DNA of 64,000 nt from Heterodontus francisci (GCF_036365525.1 NC_090404.1:4588001-4652000), one strand, 5' to 3'; positions 24,720-38,453 are shown, counted from the stretch's first letter. Notes: generated from the letters alone by a model not told the origin. A program made the numbers and translations.

Positions 24720-24728
24720 TTACTTAAC
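24720..24728 (-). CDS. IGHM: IgM TM2 exon (VK-stop)
   Basis: TTTTGCAG|GTT AAG TAA, completing the conserved KVK cytoplasmic tail. Confidence 0.9.
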   Translation of the reverse strand, partial: VK

Positions 24729-24860
24729 CTGCAAAAGAGGGATAAATGAATGAAGCAGAGATTTCGTGGTCTTGGACATTCATCTCAGAACTATGAAATT
24801 TTAGAGATTTGTTAAACAGCTTCATTTAATTTGAAATGTGAGTGGATTGAATATTCTCAC

Positions 24861-24988
24861 CTTCACCAGAGTGACGGCAGCGCTGTAGAAAATGCTCAGG
24901 AAGAACAGGATGATGAATGTGGAAGCGGTTGTCCAGATGTTGCCGCTCTCTTCCTCATTGTCTTCAATCCAGATGTGGCCTGAGTAAT
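24861..24988 (-). CDS. IGHM: IgM TM1 exon
   Basis: (D)[42 protein letters not shown]|GTGAG, carrying the conserved antigen-receptor TM motif; 128 bp, phase 1/0. Confidence 0.93.
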
Positions 24989-25499
24989 CTTCGGGTTTTT
25001 AGAGGAGAAATATATTTAGATCGTTCATTAATCCAGGATATAAGATTGTCAATTTGCACTCGCAGAGTTCTTCCTTAAGCCATTATTTTGCTCTCTAATT
25101 TAATTTTCAATTTGTATCGATTGTGAGGTTAATCACTCTTAGCAATCTACCTCTGTTACTAACCCCACAGCCATTCTTCCCATATGATCCTCGTCCAGGC
25201 CCTGTTGGAAAATATGATATTTCTTTCTTCAGGGTCAGGCGCTATTCTAGTCTGGATCAATCTTGTTCTATCATTCGGGATATCGATGGAATTTTACTGA
25301 TCAATATCGATAGTTTTGAGATTTTCATTGGTGCTGGGAAAGAGATTGGATGCGAGTTCTAATCTTGTTTATTTGTGATGGAAGTTGTTGGGCAATCATT
25401 AATTGACCTAACTTTCTAAGCGAAAACTTTGCTTCACTGTGTTTGTAGGTCCAACATATACGAGGGAATATGTTGGAGAAGGTGCCCATTCAAACAGTG

Positions 25500-26470
25500 C
25501 ATTTGAATGCTACTTTCACATATCGCCTGGTGCTTTTGTTTGTACGCTTTAATACATGTGTATGTGTGCATAAGTATCTGTTACTTTTCATCACTCAGTG
25601 CGTGTCCATGGCTTGTGTGTGTGAGATTTAATGTATGTTTTAATGCGTTTCTTTGTGCACCCGCCTGTGAATGTCTCAATGTGCGTATTTATATCTTGAT
25701 GCCCGTGTGTTGTGTCCCTGTATGTTAGTATGTGCTTATGTGCCAATGTGTATCAATGTGTGTTTTCAAGTGGCCGCGTGTGTGTGTATGTGCATGTGCG
25801 TGTGTATAAAATATATCATCCTTAATGTTTTGTCTTCATTCATCCATGTGTGTGCATGAGCATGATAATGTTTGTTTTTGTGTGTGGTTTGGTCCCCATG
25901 CGTGCTTCATGTTGTGAGCATTTGTGTTGACAGATGTCTTTATGTTTTCCTGTGCGTCAATGTGTGTTTATGTTTCCATGTGTGCGTATGCGTTTGTTAA
26001 TGTTTGTTTTGTGTGCTTCTGTCCCCATAAGTGTGATAATGCGTCTGCTTTTGTGTTGATGTCTACGTTTATGCATTAATATGTGTGATTATGTGTACAT
26101 GTGTGCTAATGCGTGTGTTATGTGCATGTTTTTGCATCCATGTATGTGTCATAATGTTAATGTTGGTGTCTATTTGTGTGTGAGTGATCGTGTTAATGTG
26201 TCTGTTTAAATGTTTGAGTGCAGATGTGTTTGTCTGTTAATGTGCGAGTATGTTTCCATCTAGCTGTGTTTATGTCTATGATAATGAAAGCTTTTCCGTC
26301 TATGTTTCTGTGTTTGTGAGACTGTACTAATGTGTACATTTATGTTTATTTTTGCGTGGGTGACTGTGAAGTGTTTATATCTGCGTTTGAGTCTGTTTGT
26401 GTGTGTAGGTGTAAGTGTGTGGTTGTGCATTTGAGTGTGTTTATGTGTGTGTTTTTGTCTGTGTGCCTGC
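25500..26470. repeat. Degenerate TG/CA-rich low-complexity tract in the CH4-TM1 intron
   Basis: About 1 kb of interrupted (TG)n. Confidence 0.8.
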
Positions 26471-26632
26471 GCATCTTTATTCTTGTTCAAAGTTTTACAG
26501 AGAATAAATAACCGGGTCTGACCCTGACGGTGTGCATTATGGAGAATATTCTTCACTGTTCTGTGTATAAATGTATTCTGTGCGAGATGTCATCTGACAT
26601 CATCTGAATGACTGCAACAATGCAACTGATGG

Positions 26633-26805
26633 ATAAAAACAGAAGTTCTGGAAATACTCAGCAGGTCAGACAGCAGCTGTGGACAGAGAAGCAGAATTAA
26701 CGTTTCAGGTCGGTGCCCTTTTCACACACCTGAAATGTTAACTCTGCTTCTCTCTCCACAGATGCTGCCTGACCTGCTGAGTATTTAAGCATCTTCTGTT
26801 TTTAT
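26633..26805. repeat. Inverted pair of PLE terminal repeats (hairpin, ~78-bp arms, 17-nt loop)
   Basis: 26633-26710 is an imperfect reverse complement of 26728-26805. Confidence 0.8.
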
Positions 26806-27758
26806 TTCAGATTTCCAATATCTGCAATATTTTGCTTTTATTTCCATGAAACTGATGGGCCACAGAAACATCAGGAACAGGAGATGATTAAATCTTCAGC
26901 TAGATTTAGATGATTATGTTATTGGAATTTAACAGGGAAACCGTGAACGATATTACGTTACATAAATATATATTTTACAATGTGATTCCCATGTGGAAAG
27001 TTTAAAATCTTCACACACTGCGCTCGAAGCCGACTTTGTACTGATGGCATTTGAGTCCATTTAATAGAGAGCAGGGGGAGTGGGAGTATAAGGTTTACAA
27101 ATGTCCTTGCCCCTTTTTCTGTTGGAGGAAATGTGGCGAGGAGCTACAGTCAGTTCACAATTCTCTTTCCCGTCTGTCTGTTGCAGAAGTACCGTTGCAG
27201 TGGATTCACAAGTACCCTTTCCTCTTCTCTGTTTGGGAAGTGGGGTACAGTGTTTTAGTAAATTCCTCTTCCCCCTCTTTCTGTTGGGGGATTTTGGGAA
27301 GATTTCGTATTCGTGTGTGGCCATCACTTCAGTTCCCAGTGCGCATGATGCTGCAACTAAAAACTGACCCTATTCTGAAGGGATGGCCAACACGAGAAGC
27401 AGGTACACCGAGATCTAAATGCACTGCGTATTTTTGTTGGTAAGGAGAAATGTCCAGATTCCCCATCTCCTCCTCCCCGGCCCCCCACCCCTGTCCCCCT
27501 CTAATGCTCCCCACCGCCTCCCCCTCCTCCAACGGGAGGAAAGTTGCTGAAATACTTCCACAGAATCCAATAATGAATCAGGTTTACTCTGTGAATTATT
27601 ATGTGCTGGAAACACTGGTTGTACAAGACTTGGGCCCGAGACCTGCAAATATCATGCTTTGATGAAAAGACATACACTTAGCAAATGTGGGAAGCACAAT
27701 TAATTGAGCTGTTGTGTATTTAAATCGCGATTGGAAGAAAAGGTCTTTATAGTGTTTT

Positions 27759-27764
27759 TTTATT
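27759..27764 (-). terminator. Secretory IgM polyA signal
   Basis: AATAAA about 30 nt after the secretory stop codon. Confidence 0.75.
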
Positions 27765-27792
27765 TAAGAATTGAAATGCAATCGAGAAATTC

Positions 27793-28187
27793 TCATTGAC
27801 ATGAATTAACGGTGTCCAACAGTGCAAGGGAAATGTTCACAAAACTCGGTTTACCGCTGGATTTATTAACTGTTCTGTTGATGATCTTCAAGGGGATCGC
27901 TTCATGTCCCACCACACAGGAGTAAGAAGCGCCGCTGGCCCACTCCTCTGCTGCAATGGATAACAGGCTGTAGATGAAGAAGGAGCTCTTGTCGTTCTCC
28001 GCCATCACCTCGGTGTTCTTGTAGTTGCCGGGATTCACCGACTTGTCATTGACGGTCCACTTGACGAAGATCTCTCGGGGGGAGAAACCTCGCACTAAGC
28101 AGGTGAGGGAGAGGAACCTCTCTGCGGAGATTTCTTCTGCTGGGGGCAGGAGAACAGACACAGACGGTTCCCGCAGATCTTTCCATG
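27793..28187 (-). CDS. IGHM: IgM CH4 exon plus secretory tail (internal TM donor after 27855)
   Basis: TTTTTCAG|(A)[15 protein letters not shown]...[17 protein letters not shown]...YSCVVGHEA...NKSS G|GTAAA. Tail [20 protein letters not shown] has an N-glycan site and the penultimate Cys. Confidence 0.97.
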
Positions 28188-28657
28188 CTGAAAAATTAAA
28201 ATAAATGTCAATAAACTAGACAATTTCAGAGACAATGACACCAGTGGTTAAATGTGAGAGAAATTGTGAAGGTTTTCCTTTTCGTCTCTGGGGCCTGTGC
28301 TGTTTTCCAGCCGGTGCAGAGGTGCTGCAATCCTGCTCGCTGAGAACATAAAGGATTAGACTGGAAAATTACATAGAACTTGCAGCACAGGAGCAGGCCA
28401 TTAGGACGAGCTAGCCTATGCTGGTGTTTATGCTGCACACGGACCTCCTCCCACCTTACTTCAGCTCTTTCTATTCCTTTCTCCATAATCTACGTATCTA
28501 GCATCACTTAAAATGCATCACCTCTGGTCCCAGGGAGGTTCATTAGTGAATTACAATTAAATTATCAGCGTAATCCATTCAACCACTTAATTGGGCCTTG
28601 CACAAACACCGGCAAGAAGCACAACATCTGATTTATTGCTTCAATCACATTGCTCAC

Positions 28658-28963
28658 CTTCCTTGTGGATGGCATCTCTGAGAGGAGTCGGCAGATCCTG
28701 ATGGCTCACCACACAGTAGAACACAGCCTCACTCAGCCAGGCTTGTGTCGAGATGTCTACAGTGCTGATCACGCTGTCGGGATCCTCTCCGGGTTGGACG
28801 GCAATCTCTGATTTCAAAGGCTTCTGTTCTTGTGTCCAGGACACGTTGACACCATAAGGAGCATTAGACACGACGCAGGTTAAGGTGACCGTCGCCTCCA
28901 GTAAGACCTGTTCTATTGATGGTGGCAGTAGTTTAATTACTGGATGATTGCACTCGGAAGAAT
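28658..28963 (-). CDS. IGHM: IgM CH3 exon
   Basis: CTACAG|(D)[31 protein letters not shown]...[22 protein letters not shown]|GTGAG; 306 bp, open. Confidence 0.96.
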
Positions 28964-29464
28964 CTGTAGAACAGAAATGAGAGTCAAAGAAATCTCCATC
29001 TTCAGGATCAGGACGCGAGTATTTAACTATCACTTTTTTCAGGAGGGGAAAAACACCTTTCGCTTCAACACTGTCGTTCATGGGAAGGGCAACGATTTGT
29101 AAAATCTGGGACATCCAAGCGGATCACATCTCTGCTGAATATAATGGCTCTGTCACCCTAGGACATGAGCTACACATGTAATTCATACTGGCTCAAAACG
29201 AATGAAATTACGAATTTTAGGACCAACTGGAAACAAAGTTAATGTTCTGGTGCCTTGTCAGTATATTTGGGGAGATGAAAATGTTCAGCAACCAGTCAGA
29301 GGAGGGGCGAAAGGTCGGTAAAATGCAGTCCCAAGGTTTTTGTTTTTGTGTGGTGAGGAATAATTCGCAATACCGGATGAGATAGTTTTCTAATATCTGC
29401 CACGAGTGAGTATTTCTCATGTGTCGGCCTGGAGTTAGAAGGCGATCTGACCACAGGACTGTAA

Positions 29465-30010
29465 TAAGAGCATAAGAATAAGATTAGGCCATTCAGCCCC
29501 TCGAGCACGTTCCGCCATTCAATTACACGATGGCTGAATTGTATCTTAATTCTGTTTACCCATGTATAACCCTTAATACCCTTACCTGTCAGAAATCTAT
29601 CACTCGCAACATTAAAGTTTTCAATGGATGTCAAGCTTCTAAAGTGAGTTGGGGGAGAGAATTCCAGATTACCGCTATCTACTGTGTGAATACTCCCTTC
29701 CTGATATCATTCCTGAATGACCATGGTCTAATCTGAAGGTTATGCCCCCTTGTTCTGAAGTTCCTCACCCGAGGAAATATTTTTCTCCATTGACTCCATC
29801 AATTCCAGTAAACATCTTAACCACCTCAATTAGATCACCCTTTAATCTTCTGTCCTCAAAGCAATACCAGTTTGGCCTGTGAAACCTGTCCTCTTAACTT
29901 AACCCGATCAGCCCCGTTATCATTATGGTCAATTCTTGTTGCACCACTCCCAAGGCCAATACATTCTTCCTGTGCTCTGCAGTCCAGAATTGAACACAGT
30001 TTTCTAAATA
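29465..30010 (-). mobile_element. Old CR1 3' fragment in the CH2-CH3 intron
   Basis: YLENCVQFW... motif and tail GAGGGGCTGAATGGCCT. Confidence 0.65.
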
Positions 30011-30367
30011 GGGTAGATGCTCTTTCTGGCACCTGATTCCGAGGCCGTTACCAAGAAAGGGTTCCAGATGCCGATTGCTGCTCCGTGTATGATTAACCCA
30101 TTCAGGATAAAGCTGATATACAGGCCACCTCACTCACTATATAACATCACAGGAGAGCTAAACATTCTTTCATGATGTGATGACATGTTGAACCGTGAGC
30201 AATCCTAATTTCTAATTTCTAAATCCTAAACTCACAGCCAAATAACACATAAAAACTGCACGATGGCGATTTAGAAATTGTTCTTTGTACTAACTCCAAT
30301 AAATTCCTGACTTTCAGTAACATGGAGTACAGAAAGGTGTGGAGCTTCCTGGGACTGTGCATCTTAC

Positions 30368-30685
30368 CTGGCGATCCGGTGATGTTTCGGCTTTGGGTGG
30401 CCGCTTGATGGGAGACCTGGCAGGTATAGACCGTGTTGGTGAACCATTCCCGAGCGGGGACTGTCAGCCGACTGGTCGCTGAGAAATTCCCGTTCGTTTC
30501 ACAGGCGGGAGAGGTGACGAAGCCCGATTCCATGGGATGTCCATCCTTCAACCAACTCACGGTTATTGCTTCTGGATGGAAATCGATGATTGAACACACG
30601 ACAGTTGCAAATCTGCTGCTTGTGATTTCTTCACTGGAAGTCTGGGTGAGGATAACCGTTGGATGGACGATGTCACCTTTACAAT
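30368..30685 (-). CDS. IGHM: IgM CH2 exon
   Basis: TTGAAG|(D)[12 protein letters not shown]...[23 protein letters not shown]...VYTCQVSHQ...ITGSP G|GTAAG; 318 bp, open. Confidence 0.96.
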
Positions 30686-30897
30686 CTTCAAGAAAAAACA
30701 TGTTAGACATTTCTAGAAGAAGTTAATAACTGATACAAACTGTTCTGATATTTTAACAGGTTATTTGCATCAAGCAGGCACTAACTGATGTTTCCAGGGG
30801 TCTGCACTGTGCACAACACTCTAAATGTGGAATAGCCAATGTTCTACACAAGATCCTTCTAGCTTTTCTGTTTTTCCACAGTTTCCACAACACTAAC

Positions 30898-31194
30898 CTG
30901 GAATTTCCTTGATCCAGAGCGACTCGCCGCGTCGAACCTCGCAGTAGATTTTGCTGCTTCCCACCTCTGACTCGGTGATGGTTAATTGGCTGCTCAGGGT
31001 GTAGGTTCCCTTCTTGTTCAGCACTGACGGGTAAGTCTTCAAACCAGTGGTGATCGGTTCTTCACCTTTCTTCCAGGAAACGCTGGTGATTTGGGGGATG
31101 TAGTCCATCGCCAAACAGCCGTAGGCCATGGAGCCATCGGTGTTGGGTTGTTCACAGGAGCACAGGCCGTAAAGAGTTGGGGGAGACGGTGTCG
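30898..31194 (-). CDS. IGHM: IgM CH1 exon
   Basis: TCCTAG|(A)[43 protein letters not shown]...[18 protein letters not shown]|GTTAG; 297 bp, open. Confidence 0.97.
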
Positions 31195-32759
31195 CTAGGA
31201 AAGAATGGCAAATTGAACAAGTTAGACTGTGATTCATGCTTATTAAGTAACCAGACATCTCGCAATTCGACTCCAGCTGGAAACTGATTCCAATATTTTC
31301 CGATTAAAACCTTCATCCGCATTTGAGCTGCGATCAGTTACATCATTTGGTGTTCATCACCTGTCGGTCCCCTGGTCAGGAACACACCTCTCTTTCAAGA
31401 CCTGTCACATTACAAAACTAAGAGCCTTTTGAAGTTATCTCAATGAGGTATTTTTCATTGGATTAAACTGAAAGAGGAGTTTCCCCACTTTGTTCGGCCA
31501 ATATTTATTTCTAAATCAACAACACTTGGTCAAAAAACATGCGGCATTTAGTTTTTGGAAATTTCTTCTCTGCAAATTGACTACTGGGTTTCCCCGCACC
31601 TCCACCTCCTCCCAGCAACCCTCCCCACCACCAGCAGACCACCCCGCCCCCCAACTCCCACTACCCCTCCAAAAATATAGCAACTACTCTGAAAAAGTGC
31701 CATTGGAATGCGTGCTTGTAAAATGAACTTAATACTGTAAACTTGAATACCAGGCAAATTCATACCATTACTTTCCCATAAAAACCTACAATACATCTGA
31801 GCATGCTTATGACCCTGGGTGATAAATTCATAGACATGATAGCTGAGAAGAAGGCCATTCGGTCCATCAGGCCTGTGAAAGATCACTCCAGCGATCCCGC
31901 TGACCTTCCAATTCCTTATCTTTTCAAAATTTCATTTTATCCAGCTATTTTAGATTCTGTTTACAGCCCTCTTTCTGATAGGACATTCCAGATCCTAACA
32001 ACCCCCTGTGTAGAAAAGTAGATTCATACACTCTTCCTTCATTCTTTTGACGCTGATTTTAAATCAGTGTCCTCTGCAGACCAACTCACTGATCTGGGCA
32101 AATTGGTATCTGAATTTCTGGATAAAACATTCATTATTCAAAACACCTCTACCAGACTTCATTTTAATCTTCTATGTTCCTATAATAATGAAGAACTTTT
32201 ACAATAAATAGTTGAAGTCTACTTTAAAATATGGACTGAATCATTTCGTACACAGATTTCAGAGGGGAATTTTTACACAGCCTAGTTTCTGGAATTAAAG
32301 TTTTTAATGACTCGGCAATGACTCAAAGCTATCACTTTCCTTTTCAGTACTTGAAGATTGTGACTTCTGTTCTATATTATTCGACTGAATGGATTCTCTG
32401 GAGTTTGCTTCTCCCTCCAACTCAAATAATAAACCGAATTAGATCCGATTCCTAAAAATCGGTCATTTGGACTGATGCACTTTAAATGGTCCATTTAACT
32501 TTCCAAAGTATCTTCCCACCCCTCACCAGTGAGAACTGGTGTTGCTGACTGTGTCGTTACAGACACATCTTCTTGCTGCTTGCACCGACCATAATGTGAA
32601 CATCAGGACTATTTTACAAATATTCTACAAATATCTGATATTGTCATTACTTAAACATTATAAATCGAGTGAATATCAGTCGGTTCCATGGAAGGAAGGA
32701 CAAAAGTTCCTGAAGTGTTATTGCTGACATGGTCAACTCTCACTTCTGATTTGTGCGGA

Positions 32760-33960
32760 TAATTCAAACACCTGAGGCCTATCGGTCAGATATTGGAAGC
32801 TCGCTCACCAATATGATGTGAAAGAGGATGCTGGTTATGCTGGCGCAACAGTAGGACATATGGGCTTTCAAATGGCATTAGATAACATGTCACGTAAGAG
32901 AACATTCGGAAAATGGAAGCGCGTGGATTAAAGGGGTCTGAGTAACCTGTTCAGGTATAGGAAACAGAGAGTGATGGTGAACCAATGATTTTCTGACTGG
33001 AGAGAATTAAGCATTGTGATCCCCCCTTGGGTTGGTCATAGGGTCATTATTATTTTTGTTAAATATAATGACGTGGTATTGGGTATGGGGCGTAGAATTT
33101 CGAAGGTCAAAGACGATACTAAACAAATAGTGAGCAGGATAGTATCAGAGTTCAGAAGGACATGGGCAGGTGAAATGTTCAGAGACAGAGCAAATACAAT
33201 TTCATGCGGTTAAATGTGAAGTGCTGGAACTTTTGAGGGACAACACGGAAAGTTAATGCAATCTAAATGGTCCGATATTCAAGGGGTAGAAATGTAGAGG
33301 GACCAGAGTTGCATTTTCACAAAGTTTTTTTTCAAGGTCGTTAAGAAAGCGAATGGAATACTTGGTCTTATAAAATGTAGTACGAATTACAAAAAACCAG
33401 GAAGTCATATTAAAGTATTACTCATCACTAATTAGGCTGGAGTATTTTTGCACAATTCTGGCCGTCACACTTTCGAAAGGATGTCAAGGCTTTGTGGGGA
33501 GTGTCGAGGGAGTTTACCAGACTGATGCCAGGAATGAGGGAGTTCAGTTATATAGAGTTATTATACGAGATAATTGTTCTCGTTAGGCGATTACCGATTA
33601 GTTATGTTCAAAATTATGGGATGTTTTGATAGAGCAGATAAGGAAAAACTATTTCCTCTGAAAAGTGGGTCAGTAACAAAATAATTAATTGTCAAAAACG
33701 AGCGTGGGCGGGTGGTGGCTGCGGAAAATGGATTCATTCCAGACAGAGGGGGCTTTTCACAGATGCATCGAACGATTACACCACAAAAGGAGGCCATTCA
33801 GCCCGTCGTGTCTGTGCAGGTTCTCTGCAGGCGCAACCGGACATATCCTCGAAGGACATTAATTTGCGTGGCTATGAGGGAAAAACTGTCTTGTAAGATT
33901 AAATTGGAGAGCGCTTTGAGAGCTAACACAGGCATGACGGGCTGAATGGCCAAATTCTCT
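32760..33960 (+). mobile_element. Very old CR1 remnant in the J-C intron
   Basis: Decayed RT/C-terminal DNA (GGAAACAGAGAGTGATGGTGAA, TAAATGTGAAGTG, CAATTCTGG..CACAC..GAAAGGATGTCAAGGC). Confidence 0.55.
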
Positions 33961-34689
33961 GCGAGAACTTTCTATCATTCTACCCGACTCAGTCGTATTA
34001 GTTATCCCCAATTTAATGGGACGAAAGGCTTCATAAATTTTAACATCTCTGTGACATATATTTTGTTGCTTTTTATAATGAAAGAGGGTTTTTAAAATAA
34101 GAGGTTCTGAGCGATTTTATTCAAATGAGTCAATCAGATACTGTCAGAGACTTAAAGCATATTGTGATTGACATTGATTGCAAGCTCATTGTATCACTTC
34201 AAAAATTTCACAAGAGCTTACTTCAGTGGCTCTGTGCCCTCTGCTGTGACACAATCCAATGATTGCAACTCACCAGAGTTTATCACTGACTGTCACCTTT
34301 TGAAAATACTAGAACTAAATAATGATTTCAAACATGAGAATATCATGATGGTTATTCGGAGCGGGAGTCTCCACTATCTCCATTTAAGGTGCCAAAATAA
34401 CGTCCAGTCTCCCATCAGATCAGAACAGGCGTTGGTCTCTGGAGCGTTACAATCACTTCCTGAAACTGTTTGTTCTGAAAGTGCACTCAAAATCAGGCCA
34501 ATCTCATTCAATAATTATCTGAAACTTAATATGTTTAAATATTATTAATTCATTAAAATTTGGCCAAGAATTATTATTAAAATCAATTCATGTGCATTGT
34601 TTCATCTGGACAATTGAATAATTTATATTCATATATCTGGGTCGAGGACTCACAGCTTATGAGTTTGATGCACATTGAGATTCCTTGAA

Positions 34690-35090
34690 CACTGTGGGGA
34701 AAACATTCTCAGATCAGGTACAGGACAGTTAAGCTGCAAAGTAAAGATCCCTCTATACGGCCCTATCATGAGTTGTAATCTCAGACATCGCAAGTGTTAA
34801 ATTCCGTAGAAAGCCGCCTCTAGACTACACTGTCACTCTGGGTCAGGTACACCATCTGTTTAATATAAAATAAAAATTCCCTCTACGCTGTCCCATCAAA
34901 TATATCCAGGACAGGTTCAATCCGGTTTAGATACTGAGTAATTCCTCCCTCTACGCTGTCCCCATTAAGTAGTCCCAGGACAGTTACAATATAGATTAAA
35001 TATACAGGAAGACTTCCTCTACATTGCCGAATCAATCACTCCCAACGGAGGCACATTACTGATTACAAACTGACCAAATCTCCTTCTGCT
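34690..35090. repeat. Degenerate ~65-bp tandem repeat
   Basis: Repeated TCCCTCTAC(G/A)CTGTCCC..CCAGGACAG..TTAGATAC. Confidence 0.65.
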
Positions 35091-37583
35091 GTCCGTCTGT
35101 TGTGTCTCTGAACTGTTATTTCTGACTGCCACAGACTGGAATTATGATCTCATTGCTGAGGCGCCTCATCAAACTTAAAGTCAAACTTTTAGGTTTCTCG
35201 GGGGTACAAGTTTCTTAATTAAATGGATCAAGTTGCACTCCTTGAAATGAAACGAACCAGTCTGTTTGCAACCTGCAGGGAGGATTCCTCGTCCTGACAC
35301 AGTGAGCAGGCGCACAGAAACAGAACAGACACAAACGGTGCAACAATCGGGCTCTCAGCAGATAGATCTGTTCAATTGTCAATTTCAATGAAGCTGTTTT
35401 ATTCTAGTTCATCAATTGTCAAATTGTGACCACTCCAAGTCTGTATACTCTTTGAAATTAAACTGATATTCATTTCAAAAACTCCCTTCGACCTCCAAAT
35501 GTTTCTCCCTGTCTGTTTACAATCTTAAAAGCATGTAAGAAAGTTTCGCTTAAAATGAGTACATCAGAAGAATACACATTCAGGAAAATTAGATGTCCAT
35601 AACCAGAACTCAGTGACAGAGTAAGAATTTAGAAAATCAGGAGATATGTATCTTGCAAACTGATTACCCACTGATTTGACACAATTTCATAATTCAATTT
35701 TACAAAAAAAATTAGTTGAACCACTGCTCAAAGTTAATTCATTAAAATCTGCGGTGATACTTGATTGAGCTGAGAACAGCTGAGTAAGAAATGTATTGTT
35801 CTCTAAGTTATTGCCAGACATAATGAATTAATCTCTCCGATTCTTGAGATTTTGCACTCATTGGAATCCTGGCAAGTATACTATTGAATTGTGGGAGGTC
35901 ATTTATGTTTAGTGAATTAGCACTATTATATTCTAAGCTAATATTCATGTTAGCTGATTTTATACTGCATTTATCATTTATAAATAAATAAAAATAAATA
36001 AATTAGTTAATATTACTTCAAGACCAGTTTCTGCCTGGCACCTTGTGAATTAATGGAGTTTTAATTAAGTTATTATGACACTTTATCAGTATTAAATAAT
36101 TAACGTCATATTAATAGATGAAAACCTTCAGACAAATATATTACTTCATGCTGAAATCGAATCACAGTGCAATAATTTAAAATGAACAATAACTTCTCGT
36201 CCCGCCCTGCTTTCTCTCTACAAACTTGTAAACTGGGCAGGTATCTGAATGCGTTGATATATTATAAGCTCCTTCCATTCTCAGCCAGTATTTCACACAA
36301 TGTATTTAGCCTGGCCGGGGTCACATGTCACTAACTGGGCTGCAACATGGCATGTTTGTGAAAGCAGCTCTCCCGTGTTTAAATATCGTTATAAATCTTA
36401 ACTATATGAGATAAAATATCTAAAACATCCGGGCACTTTGCGATCAGTAACTATGCTGCCACTATTTAATCACACGATGTTTTTAGATTTTACTCCCGTA
36501 ATTCACAAATTAATTGCAAAATATATTTTGATTTTTATTGAAAGAAGTTCCAAAATGATCACTGCAAAACTGGACAAAAACAACTCTTTCAGATCATCTG
36601 TGACATTGAAACCTAATGAGCAAATGTAGCCGAGATTTGGCGGATCAATTTAATATTTATTAAGCATAACTCTCAGGTATAATCTGTTCTTTGTCTATCA
36701 TTCCATCCTGCGTGCAGCACAACTATGGGAGACAGGATGTTGTTACTGAATTCAAAACTAACATTAAACTTTTGTAATTAATTGAATCTGCTTGAATTTC
36801 CAGGTGTTGTTTGTTTGTCTTTAGCCTTACGCAGTCTGCAAGTTTCTTCAAGTTAAATAAAATCATATGCACAATTCTTTGACTGCCATTGACCTCTTCT
36901 CCCAGGAAAATGGTTAATATTAGATTAGTGATAATTATCGCACTATCCAACAACAAATGACATTGAAGAAGGAACATGGAAGAACATGAACGCAAAGAAT
37001 GTAATAACCGGACAGATATATTACACTGACAAACTGCAATTTACAACGCCTATTTAAGTTGTAAGTAAATACAAGCTGACATTCACCTGTTTTAATCAGG
37101 AATATCACAATTAATTTAAAAGCGCTCATTAACCTGAAAACAGCACTGGAATAAGTACACTCTTATTGAAATAATTTCAAGCACAATTAAAAATAGTCTC
37201 CAGTCATAAAGTTTTCCGGTCACGACAATTGTGCGCTTGGCACGCCAGAACTGTAAAAGACGATTCTTGAATAATGAATCGATATTAATATGAAAGCGTA
37301 TTTGGTTTATATGAGGACATATTGCCGCATTATAATTGTTTGAATTGTATTAATTTTACTCTCCAATCTGCAAACCTGCTACTTATTCAGTTTGTAATTG
37401 CAGTAACATTTCACGGATTGAAGGAGCGTTACAAACCATGACTTAACAGTTCAATCTGCAATTATCATTTAAATTTTTTTAAATGCCTTGAAATATCTTT
37501 TTATTTTATTTCTGAAATCTGCCTGTTATCCGGCTTTCGAATCGTCTTTGAAGCAGTTTCAAACAAATAGAATGTATCCATTT

Positions 37584-38453
37584 GATCAGAAAACCTGCAG
37601 CCGCTCGATGTCACCCGGGTTAAACAAAGCAGAAACGCCAAATAGTTTTACAAATTTTACTTTGGAACACAGAGACACACTCTCCTCAGCAGATAAGCTC
37701 CAACTCACATCACTGAGGGGCTGAATCCCGCCTCAGTACGTTTCAAGGCGAAGCAGCTTAATTTCACAATCACTTTCAGTAGAATCAAATGTAACATCCC
37801 AAAAAAAAATCTCAATACAGAATCCACCGAGCCTGCCTGTCTCTGAATTACCAAATATATAAAATAAAGGCAGCAGATTTGTTAGTACAGAGAGCATGTT
37901 TAATAAATTAATATTGATTCTGTAGCATATTTCATTGATATTGCCTGATATCACTGCATTATTGAAAGTGAGGTTATATTAATGTAAATCTGGCCAAAGC
38001 TGCAAATTTGTTATTTCTGCAGTTCTTAATTACATCAAAATTTATTGTATTACATATGAGCATTCGTAAGCAGTAGATTGATAGATAGCAATTTAATTAC
38101 CACAAATAAAAATAGATCAAAATATCAGAAGGCTATTTTTGACCACTGAAGCTTTCTGCATAATTTTATTTCAAACATATTTAAAGACTTATTGTTTCTA
38201 TTAGATCAGAAAACCTGCAGCAACTAGATGTCACCCAGATTAAACATTGCAGAAACGTCAAACGGTTTAACAACAGTTTGGTATTTAAAGTAGCCCAAAC
38301 ACTCAGTCCCATCAACAAATAAACACCAAATCACATCAATCTGGAGCTGAATCCTTCAACAGCACCGTGTGTAAAGAAACCATTAAGTTCTTTAATCCTT
38401 TAGCAGCAGAATCACGTAAAACATTGCAACAAATTCGCAATATAGAATCCACC
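37584..38453. repeat. Diverged ~250-bp direct duplication 3' of JH (37584-37828 and 38204-38453)
   Basis: Shared GATCAGAAAACCTGCAG, GATGTCACCC, GCAGAAACG, TCACATCA, GCTGAATCC and GAATCCACC in the same order, offset ~620 bp. Confidence 0.75.

Noticed and set aside
35271-35340. CACAGTG next to a short G-R-G-I frame and CAG|GT, like a ghost J segment
   Set aside because: No F/W before GxG, too short, and nonamer-like words sit at 9 and 26 bp rather than 12 or 23.
36163-36194. CACAGTG ... ACAATAACT cryptic RSS in the J-C intron
   Set aside because: Spacer is 16 bp and there is no adjacent coding segment.
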